From contig JAQGDQ010001542.1 in NCBI GenBank assembly GCA_030141605.1, positions 1 through 35,538 of the forward strand: a DNA stretch of 35,538 nucleotides. Reading direction: 5' to 3'. Both the position numbers and the translations under genes were made by a program. The notes below the pieces were generated by a model, which searched no databases, had not been told where the DNA came from, and saw only the letters and a list, made by a program, of their open reading frames with translations. The DNA is from Tubiluchus corallicola. Its lineage: Eukaryota; Animalia; Priapulida. Shown here piece after piece: positions 26,000 through 35,538 of this stretch; positions within the stretch are counted from its first letter, which is position 1; every line of letters begins with the position of its first letter.

Positions 26000-28146
26000 A
26001 CCAAGCACACTGCTGTACCAAGCACACTGCTTTACCGAGCACACTGCAGTACCAAGCACACTGCTGTACCGAGCACACTGCTTTACCGAGCACGCTGCTT
26101 TACCGAGCACGCTGCTTTACCGAGTATGCTGCTGTACCGAGCACGCTGCTGTGCCGAGCACGCTGCTGTACCGAGCACACTACTGTACCAAGCACACTGC
26201 TGTACTGAGCACAACATGCTGTACCGAACACACTGCTGTACCGAGCACACTGCTGTACCAAACACACTGCTGTACCGAGCACACTGCTGTACTGAGCAAA
26301 CTGCTGTATCAAACACACTGCCGTATCAAGCACACTGCTCTACTGAGCACAACATGCTGTACCGAACACACTGCTGTACTGAGCACACTGCTGTATCAAA
26401 CACACTGCCGTATCAAGCACACTGCTGTACCCAACACACTACAGTACCGAGCACGATGCTGTACTGAGCACACTGCTGTATCAAACACACTGCCGTATCA
26501 AGCACACTGCTGTACTGAGCACAACATGCTCTATCAAACACACTGCTGTACTGAGCACAACATGCTCTATCAAACACACTACAGTACCGAGCACACTGCT
26601 TTACCGAGCACACTGCTGTTTCAAGCACAACATGCTGTACCAAACACACTGCTGTATCGAGCACACTGCTTTACCGAGCACACTGCTATACCAAACACGC
26701 TGCTGTATCAAACACACTGCTGTATCAAACACGCTGCTGTACCAAACACGCTGCTGTATCAAACACGCTGCTGTATCAAACACGCTGCTGTATCAAACAC
26801 GCTGCTGTATCAAACACGCTGCTGTATCAAACACGCTGCTGTATCAAACTCGCTGCTGTATCAAACACGCTGCTGTATCAAACACGCTGCTGTATCAAAC
26901 ACGCTGCTGTATCAAACACGCTGCTGTATCAAACACGCTGCTGTATCAAACACGCTGCTGTATCAAACACGCTGCTGTATCAAACACGCTGCTCTATCAA
27001 ACACACTGCTGTACCGAGCACACTGCTGTATCAAACACACTGCTCTATCAAACACACTGCTGTATCGAGCGCACTGCTGTATCGAGCACACTGCTGTATC
27101 AAACACACTGCTGTACCGAGCACAACATGCTGTACCGAACACACTGCTGTATCAAACACACTGCTCTATCAAACACGCTGCTCTATCAAACACACTGCTG
27201 TATCGAGCGCACTGCTGTATCGAGCACACTGCTGTATCAAACACACTGCTGTATCAAACACACTGCTGTATCAAACACGCTGCTGTATCAAACACACTGC
27301 TGTATCAAACTCACTGCTGTATCAAACACACTGCTGTATCAAACACGCTGCTCTACCAAACACACTGCTGTATCAAACACACTGCTGTATCAAACACACT
27401 GCTGTATCAAACACACTGCTGTATCAAACACGCTGCTGTATCAAACACACTGCTGTATCAAACACGCTGCTCTGCCAAACACACTGCTCTATCAAACACA
27501 CTGCTGTATCAAGCGCACTGCTGTATCGAGCACACTGCTCTATCAAACACACTGCTGTACCGAGCACAACATGCTGTACCGAACACACTGCTGTACCGAG
27601 CACAACATGCTGTACCAAACACACTGCTGTACCGAGCACAACATGCTGTACCAAACACACTGCTGTATCAAACACACTGCTCTATCAAACACACTGCTGT
27701 ATCGAGCGCACTGCTGTATCGAGCACACTGCTGTATCAAACACACTGCTGTATCAAACACACTGCTGTATCAAACACGCTGCTGTATCAAACACGCTGCT
27801 GTATCAAACACGCTGCTCTACCAAACACACTGCTGTATCAAACACACTGCTGTATCAAACACGCTGCTGTATCAAACACACTGCTGTATCAAACACGCTG
27901 CTGTATCAAACACACTGCTGTATCAAACACGCTGCTCTGCCAAACACACTGCTCTATCAAACACACTGCTGTATCAAGCGCACTGCTGTATCGAGCACAC
28001 TGCTCTATCAAACACACTGCTGTACCGAGCACAACATGCTGTACCGAACACACTGCTGTACCGAGCACAACATGCTGTACCAAACACACTGCTTTACCGA
28101 GCACACTGCTGTACTGAACACACTGCTGTTTCAAGCACAACATGCC
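26000..28146. repeat. 17-bp minisatellite (ACACACTGCTGTATCAA and variants), over 120 units
   Basis: Direct periodicity; the diagnostic variant TCTGCCAAAC at 27471 and 27936 marks a block duplication of about 465 bp. Confidence 0.97.
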
Positions 28147-28204
28147 ACATTAAGTGCTCAACTCAATTCCATGTTTACTATATTGTTATTACGATTTAAA
28201 ATAA

Positions 28205-28210
28205 TTTATT
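28205..28210 (-). terminator. Candidate polyadenylation signal AATAAA for CDC73
   Basis: TTTATT on +, about 280 nt downstream of the CDC73 stop. Confidence 0.4.
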
Positions 28211-28490
28211 GTGTTGTAACATACCTCAACAGTTCATGTATCAGTATTGTAACACTGAATGCGTGTAATCTCACATCTTATCATTAAAATTTGTATCACT
28301 TGACACCCATTGTTACAAAGATTTAAACTGCCAATCCCGTATAAAGCAGTGAAACTGTATGTACTAGACCAAAACAACAGCTACTATAACACATCATTTA
28401 CAAATTATTTACAGATAATTACAGGCGTGGCGTCCCGGCGCTAGTCTTACAATACACATCTGCACAGTGCAAACTTTGACTACAAAACAT

Positions 28491-28527
28491 CTACCATCTG
28501 AGATGAGGCTTGTGTTTTATCATGTAC
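28491..28527 (-). CDS. CDC73: Parafibromin (CDC73) last coding exon, YMIKHKPHLRW*
   Basis: Acceptor TTTTCCATTTTTGCAG; phase fits the previous exon; matches the parafibromin C-terminus YMVKHKSHLRF. Confidence 0.93.
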
Positions 28528-28554
28528 CTGCAAAAATGGAAAACATTCCGATTA

Positions 28555-28903
28555 AGCCTTTTCACAGTTTCGTTGAGCGCACGCGCAGTTGTTGCACGCC
28601 AAAGGTTAAGTATACCCCACTAACGCACCTTAACGACAACCACCATGTGACATGTGGGTAAAGCAAAGCCATCAGCCGCATCATTTCAGTAACTTTAATT
28701 GTTTTAGAGAGATTTACTAGCGGGATCTTGCTTGGGAACAAGAAAAAATAAGCTAGGTAAGGTTCTAGCTAATGTTAAAACTGTTACTATTACAATAGGT
28801 TAGCCTGCGAGGCGTTGTCAAGTGTACAGATATGTGTTGTCTGGCACTCTTAACCTTTGAGGTTTTCACGATCATCATCAATCACTGGAAGTGTGAAAAG
28901 GTC
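28555..28903. mobile_element. MITE, PIF/Harbinger-like; copy 2
   Basis: AGCCTTTTCACA...TGTGAAAAGG termini; diverged direct-orientation copy of 6263-6648. Confidence 0.75.
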
Positions 28904-29188
28904 TATTGGTGAAAATGATGCGAAAATGAAACAGTAATAAACTAATGAAAATGAAATGCTAATGAAATGCAAAAACCCTAGTAAAATATTACAAACGCAC
29001 AAAATCAATTGTGAAATCATCTTGTATTAAAGAGATTATTTAATTAAGTGCCACTAGTATTGAATGCTGTGGATGAAAAGTGCCGAGTTTTGAAACAAAA
29101 GTGTAAAATATAATTTATAAGCATCTGTCAGGTGAGAAAACTCCATTTTGGATCATAGCACAGTAACCTCTACTTATGCATTTTTGTT

Positions 29189-29642
29189 CATGGTGTGTGC
29201 AAACTGCGGCTCACCGAGAGATCTTGTGCGGCCCGCGAAGAGGTTTGTCAACGTAATGAAAGTGCGGCCGTTTCATCAGATGTAGTGTTCTTATAGATCA
29301 GAATCGTGGATAAGAAAAAGAGGAAGATTGAAGAAGAACAGCGAGTCAAGACATTAATATGCACTGTACTACACGGACTGTGTGATACACATTACTAATA
29401 TGCATTGTAATGAAATTACCACTATCTGTCCTGAAAGTAGAAATATATGGTTTGTAATATAAATTTTAATAACTTCTAAAATAGTTTCTTGAGTGCAGTA
29501 GTGTAGTAGTAATGATGTGTGCAAATTGGATGCAAAAAAATCGTTATTAGGTCCTACTGTACTTGGCTCTTTGACCAAACTGCATGTGGCCCGCAGGAAT
29601 GTTTAATGTGGCCCGGCTAGACAGATAATTTCCACACCACTG
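29189..29642 (+). mobile_element. hAT/Charlie-like non-autonomous element
   Basis: Degenerate TIRs CATGGTGTGTGCAAAC ... TTTCCACACCACTG, repeated GCGGCCCG/GTGGCCCG subterminal motifs, and a remnant peptide VDKKKRKIEEEQRV from 29306. Confidence 0.65.
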
Positions 29643-29756
29643 ATCTAACGTCTCTTTTTATTCATCAGAGCTTCATACCGCAAAAATTCAACACATCTTT
29701 TACCAGTTCGTTTGAAAATTACGAAGGCCCTTCTTCGCAAACTCATCCATACTTAC

Positions 29757-29898
29757 TTGTCCAAAACTTCCCAAAACTTGATTAACGACGCCCGATCTAG
29801 ATGTCTCTTCATCTTGCTCAGTTGAATCACATGAACCGACCACTTGGCAACGTTTGAATCTAGCGGCAGTTCATCCCATTTTACGTGAAATGCTTTAA
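29757..29898 (-). CDS. CDC73: Parafibromin (CDC73) penultimate coding exon, (I)KAFHVKWDELPLDSNVAKWSVHVIQLSKMKRHLDRASLIKFWEVLD(K)
   Basis: 142 bp with AG acceptor and GTAAGT donor; strong match to the parafibromin C-terminal domain (IKAFHLKYDE...KRHLDR...FWETLDR). Confidence 0.95.
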
Positions 29899-30097
29899 CT
29901 GCAATATGAACATGAACCGTGAACAAAAACGTGAACATGAACAGTATCTCATTGGCTGTTATGCAAATTCAAGACGAAACACAGACAGATTTATAAAATA
30001 TTTGGAACAATAATCATAATATCATAGTCCCATAATCAAAATGTTAATGTAAAAAATTTATTTGCATTTTACATGTGTTAGCATGGCATAGATTACG

Positions 30098-30600
30098 TAT
30101 ATATATATATATATATATATAAATAATAATCTTTATTTGCCATTAAAATACATTGATAATCACTGATAAAAACTTTACAGAGATGATCAATCAGTGTTAG
30201 TTAATAAAAGCTTACACTGCTAAAGGCAAATGCGTCAGTGCAATCTAAACTACTGTGCAGTAATGGAAAGTAACGACGAATAAAATCAAACATATTTGCA
30301 ACTATGCACAAAGAAATGAAAAAAACTATGATTTAATTAATATGGCCGTGGATATATGAATTCTGAATTAGTGTGTATGTTGTCGTGCTGGTGTGATGGT
30401 ATTTCATATCTGGGTAATATTAGTGATTTTAATTTTGTTTTAAATGCTGCTAGGGACTTGATTTGTTTAACCTGTAATGGTAGAGAATTCCAAAGTAGAA
30501 TTGCTTGCTTGATTACAGAGTTCGTTCCATAGTGGGTATTTGTCCTAATTTGTTTTAGATTGCTTGTTCTGGAATTAACAATAGGATTTGGAAAAAAGGT
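30098..30600 (-). mobile_element. 5'-truncated CR1/L2-clade LINE fragment with (TA)n tail
   Basis: Minus-strand frame ...RTNTHYGTNSVIKQAILLWNSLPLQVKQIKSLAAFKTKLKSLI... has the WNSLP..FK..LK ORF2 C-terminal signature; stop at 30339-30337, AATAAA at 30137-30132, then (TA)n at 30098-30121. Confidence 0.8.
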
Positions 30601-31860
30601 AAATCTGTTATTCTAATGCCTCCGATTTCCCGTTTCAAAGAATCATCAATTCTGTTTCAATTCCGCTTCGCAGAAATTAGAAGCTACATGGCCCGGTAAC
30701 TAATACTAATCCTCAAATTATGTGATGTTCGATAGATGGTAATAAAAAACAATAATTTTTTTATATGAATTAAGTATGTAGTCTATCAGGTATTTGTATT
30801 TGGCTAAAATAAAATAAGAACGCCAACATTTAATTCGCGCACAAAAGTTACAGAACAATATCCTATCATATTCATACATGTTGGTGTCAAGCAATTTAAT
30901 CTAGCATTCTATCATTATTTGTCTTCTTTTCGCATTTTTACCAACATGCATTTCCTGAAAGTGTTTAAAACGAAGCCAGCCTTAGTCATGTGACCTAAGC
31001 TTTAGTAGTATACGCCACCTATCAATCACACTTGTTCTTACACGTAGTTACATTTTCTGTTGCCGCTATGCTGATCATGCCATTTTGGTGATACTTTCAT
31101 TGCTTTGTCTATTTTGTTACAATTTAACAGTCCCTAATTGTATTTTCAAGCCAAAGTTGTCACCAGTAAATGTAAGTCACCATCTACTTTAGTAATTAGT
31201 TAATAGTTTAAATTGGTTAGAATTGCTTCAAATCTGTAGAATCATAAAGTAATAATTTGTGTTTCAGTCTTCTTAAATCTAACTTTTCATTTTGTCTAAA
31301 TAGTAATAACCTTTAGCAAGTTCTTAAGCACTTTTTGTGATCTGTTTTTTTAATAAATTGCAGGTCTATCACGCAGTTCAATACTGATTTTTGCCGTTTC
31401 TTTGCCCGGACTGGGCGCATCCGCAATACAAATCATCAGGAAATTCCCTGGCTAGCTGTCACACGCATAACATCGTCATATCGTGTTTGTGTCAACATGG
31501 GAAACCTTTCCACAACCGTACTGCTATTCGTTACAAGCCTCGCACTAAAGAATTTCCCAAATTTCTTGTGGCAAATACGAAAAAGTGAAAGTAGGAACGC
31601 AAGTTGCATAAAAAATAAAACTCGAGGAAGTACTTCTATTAAAGTTGCGAAATGCTGAAAAAACGGCTTAGTTTTGCAAGTAACAGGGGAAGAAAATTGC
31701 GCGTCAAAGATGCATTAAATTTACAGAAAAGTCGGAAATCACGCTAATTCCGGTTTTCATAGGTATTTCTGTTTCAGATGCCCATTTTCCTGAATTCCGC
31801 TGTTTTCTGTGGAGAACGGGAGGTCCTTCATATAACAACAAAATTATTATCTGTCCATAC

Positions 31861-31952
31861 TTCGGTCAAAAATCTCCACTGGATTCCCGTTCCATGGCCA
31901 TCCCTTGAATTGCCAGGCTGGTCCCTGCACAAACACGGCCACGACTCTATCC
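31861..31952 (-). CDS. CDC73: Parafibromin (CDC73) internal exon, (W)[30 protein letters not shown](I)
   Basis: 92 bp; acceptor TTTGTTTAACAG, donor GTATGG; highly conserved parafibromin motif; phase compatible with the next exon. Confidence 0.97.
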
Positions 31953-32843
31953 CTGTTAAACAAAGCGGAAAAACATAATAGAAATATTTGAAAACAATTT
32001 GGTAACAAAATCAGATGCATAATTTCATGAAAACTTAGAAATCCCTTATAGGTGGCTGGTTTGAAGAAACCAAAAAACTTGAAATTTTGTTTTAAGATTT
32101 TATTCTGAAGTGTCTACATAAACAGTGAAGTAGTGTCATGTTGAAAAGCAGAAAACCAAGTGACCAAAACTACAGGTGAAATCATTTAGGTGTGAAAACA
32201 GGTTTAGAGATTATGCATTCATAAAGACTGTAGAAGCCAATGAAAATTTAAACAGTAAAGAGAAAGATTTAACAATTTTAACAAGAACACCTGAAGATGG
32301 CAGCACCATCCAAAACTCAAAAAAGTATGGTGACAATACAACATAAATTTAAATTTAGAGTAATTAAAATGATTTTCTTCTGTCCAGTGGCTCAGAGAAC
32401 ACGTAAGTAAATCCAAGCTGGACAACTACAGCAATTTAAGTAATAAACAATTAGGACCTGAAAACTGGTATGACTGTTACTCAATTTCCTGAATGAATCG
32501 TGATTTTTTTGCCTCAAATGTATCCTTTTGCCCAAAAATAAATTTTCCTTTATCAAAGTTTAATAGCTTCATAGATTTGAAAGAAAGCGGGCTGATGTTT
32601 TTAACATAAGAAAATAGTCAGAATTTTTTCAACAACACTGCAGGATCCAGATTTTTCAAATTAGCACTTTTTACTGACTTTATACGAAACTCATGCAGGC
32701 TGAATCCACATGCCAGCCCCATTGTTCGCTGTTGCTCGAAAATATGTAACGATGATCTCGGCTAGTTAACTTTGAAACTGGCTAGCCCCGTTGTGGTCAG
32801 CGGTCAAACAAATTAGCTGCACACGGTGTCAGGCAATCAGAAT

Positions 32844-33350
32844 CAGGGATGAGAATTTTCCCGCTGATACGCGGAATTCCGAGTATTTGGAAGACCAGTA
32901 GTGCCATTTTTGTAAATCGCGTAAATTCTTTGAGAAAATTTTTACGGACCCAGTACATTATTTCACAAGCTGACCGCTAGTTGGCAGGCCGTCACTTTGT
33001 TTACATCACGTACATCAGTGTAACCACGTGTATATCTCTATGTATAAAAATATAGAATCAATTGTGCAGTTATTTGAGTCAATTGCAGACAGTTTTTATA
33101 TACTTTTGCATAGGAGCGGGCAGTACTTAGCCGTTTTTGAGACAATTAGGTATCATGTATCCTTGATAGTTGGGTATTTTCAATTATGAAACGGGTAATT
33201 GATGTTTTAAGTCCACTTAGAGGCTCTCTATGGTCATAAAATTGCAATTTGTTGCTGGTTTCCCTTGAACTCCATTGGGGGCCTAGATAGATGGCCCCAA
33301 AACCCCCGGCCTGTTTCAGAGTTTTTTACAATTGGTCATTCTCATCCCTG
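32844..33350. mobile_element. 507-bp MITE with perfect 13-bp TIRs and a 6-bp TSD
   Basis: CAGAAT|CAGGGATGAGAAT ... ATTCTCATCCCTG|CAGAAT. Confidence 0.85.
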
Positions 33351-34025
33351 CAGAATATTCATTAGGGTAGATTTGCGCTAATAATTTTGCTCCGCGTTAC
33401 TTAAAATGCTGAAAAACTGCTAAAACACGTTAAATACAGTTGGTTTCTTTGATTATGAGCTCGATGTATATCCGGGAAAGACGTGAGACCATGAATAATA
33501 TGAGTAGAAAATGGTAGCAATGAGCGTTAAAACTCTGTTGTCCATTTTTCAAGTGAAACTTTGACATCAGTAGACAAAATATTTATAACAGGTCTTTGTT
33601 ACATATGACTGAGTTCCCCAATGCCAAATGTAGTGCTGAACACAAGCAGGCTTAATTACTAACATGAAAATATTCTGTGTTATTATCTACTGCAAGCCTC
33701 TCTCACCCCCAGTACATAATGCAATTTTTTTTTCAAGTCATTAGATTTATTTTGCAATAAACATATACATATACATTACACGTGCATCGATAATCAGTTT
33801 TTGTTAATACAAAATTATGATACAATTCATGAATTCTGCCCTACAGACCTAAGCTAGCTTATGCTAGGCCACTAGAATTCGTTATGAGAAATATTACAAT
33901 ATATTGCTAATGTTTAGTGTGAGTTACAGTGGGCGTTAGTAGTATTAATTTTCATAATTACGATGTAAACTGATGGTCGGTACAGAGAAATGATAAATGC
34001 TTTAACACATTCGGTAAGCATTTGT

Positions 34026-34082
34026 GGAGGAGGCAACACTTGTTTAGACTATATGGAGGTGGCAACACTTGTTTAGACTATG
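34026..34082. repeat. Short tandem duplication, 2 x about 29 bp
   Basis: GGAGGxGGCAACACTTGTTTAGACTAT occurs twice. Confidence 0.8.
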
Positions 34083-34872
34083 TTTAGAGGTGCGCATTGC
34101 AGATATATATCCGGGTCGGAAGTAATAAAAATATTATTATACTAAATGAAAAACAACAAATCAAGACTGAGTGATCAGTTATATGTTTCAAGTAAGTTTA
34201 ATTTATAATTTTTTTTAAATATGGACAGCGAGTTGTAACATTGTCAGCTGCTGTAAGCGCTACCTAGCGTTGGAGGAACGCCATCTTTGTTATTAGCTAA
34301 TTAGTAATTGGCCTGATTCAACTTGCATGATGTCATGTAAACTCAGTATTTGATTATCAGTTTTCAGGTCCTAATTGTTTATTACTTAAATTGCTGTAGT
34401 TGTCCAGCTTGGATTTACTTACGTGTTCTCTGAGCCACTGGACAGAAGAAAATCATTTTAATTACTCTAAATTTAAATTTATGTTGTATTGTCACCATAC
34501 TTTTTTGAGTTTTGGATGGTGCTGCCATCTTCAGGTGTTCTTGTTAAAATTGTTAAATCTTTCTCTTTACTGTTTAAATTTTCATTGGCTTCTACAGTCT
34601 TTATGAATGCATAATCTCTAAACCTGTTTTCACACCTAAATGATTTCACCTGTAGTTTTGGTCACTTGGTTTTCTGCTTTTCAACATGACACTACTTCAC
34701 TGTTTATGTAGACACTTCAGAATAAAATCTTAAAACAAAATTTCAAGTTTTTTGGTTTCTTCAAACCAGCCACCTATAAGGGATTTCTAAGTTTTCATGA
34801 AATTATGCATCTGATTTTGTTACCAAATTGTTTTCAAATATTTCTATTATGTTTTTCCGCTTTGTTTAACAG

Positions 34873-34964
34873 GGATAGAGTCGTGGCCGTGTTTGTGCAG
34901 GGACCAGCCTGGCAATTCAAGGGATGGCCATGGAACGGGAATCCAGTGGAGATTTTTGACCGAA
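34873..34964 (+). pseudogene. CDC73: Inverted (antisense) duplicate of the 92-bp CDC73 exon with intact splice sites
   Basis: Reverse complement of 31861-31952 within the IR2 right arm; AG at 34871-34872, GT at 34965-34966. Whether it is non-functional is an inference. Confidence 0.85.
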
Positions 34965-35538
34965 GTATGGACAGATAATAATTTTGTTGTTATATGAAGG
35001 ACCTCCCGTTCTCCACAGAAAACAGCGGAATTCAGGAAAATGGGCATCTGAAACAGAAATACCTATGAAAACCGGAATTAGCGTGATTTCCGACTTTTCT
35101 GTAAATTTAATGCATCTTTGACGCGCAATTTTCTTCCCCTGTTACTTGCAAAACTAAGCCGTTTTTTCAGCATTTCGCAACTTTAATAGAAGTACTTCCT
35201 CGAGTTTTATTTTTTATGCAACTTGCGTTCCTACTTTCACTTTTTCGTATTTGCCACAAGAAATTTGGGAAATTCTTTAGTGCGAGGCTTGTAACGAATA
35301 GCAGTACGGTTGTGGAAAGGTTTCCCATGTTGACACAAACACGATATGACGATGTTATGCGTGTGACAGCTAGCCAGGGAATTTCCTGATGATTTGTATT
35401 GCGGATGCGCCCAGTCCGGGCAAAGAAACGGCAAAAATCAGTATTGAACTGCGTGATAGACCTGCAATTTATTAAAAAAACAGATCACAAAAAGTGCTTA
35501 AGAACTTGCTAAAGGTTATTACTTTATACGTCAAAGCC

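Larger units (their letters stand above)
31302..35523. repeat. Inverted duplication IR2: arms 31302-32467 and 34358-35523 (1166 bp each), spacer 1890 bp
   Basis: Three mirrored ORF pairs are identical with constant coordinate sum 66825; no mismatches noticed by eye in the portions compared. Confidence 0.97.

Noticed and set aside
26083-28287. 682-aa and 551-aa ORFs
   Set aside because: Read-through of the 17-bp minisatellite; overlapping frames give the same rotating peptide.
31361-31828. Possible degenerate CAGG-terminated MITE inside the IR2 arms
   Set aside because: The putative TIRs align poorly and no TSD is visible.
31302-35523. IR2 as the long TIRs of a single Foldback/MULE transposon
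   Set aside because: No TSD around the outer ends, no transposase in the spacer, and the arms are host intron plus exon sequence.

Overview
AT-rich, repeat-rich animal (probably invertebrate) nuclear DNA; nothing prokaryotic and no CRISPR array. Two spliced genes lie in tandem on the minus strand. The first is the last three coding exons of CDC73/parafibromin (31952-31861, 29898-29757, 28527-28491). The second is the large first coding exon of a taperin/phostensin/bifocal-like PP1 regulator (24705-22468). Most striking is that both genes have an intact exon, with splice signals, on the opposite (+) strand, inside or next to a kb-scale inverted duplication. The 92-bp CDC73 exon sits in a 1166-bp inverted repeat (31302-32467 / 34358-35523) whose arms look identical by eye. 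A taperin-type terminal exon (4857-5044) lies on + just outside a large satellite-containing inverted repeat centred near 1794 that runs off the window start. The rest is seven unrelated tandem-repeat families (17, 24, 26, 28, 51, 65 and about 140 bp units), microsatellites, MITE-like elements and LINE/SINE remnants. Almost all ORFs in the supplied track are repeat artefacts. Family assignments come from motifs recognised by eye; no searches were run, and assembly artefact cannot be excluded.
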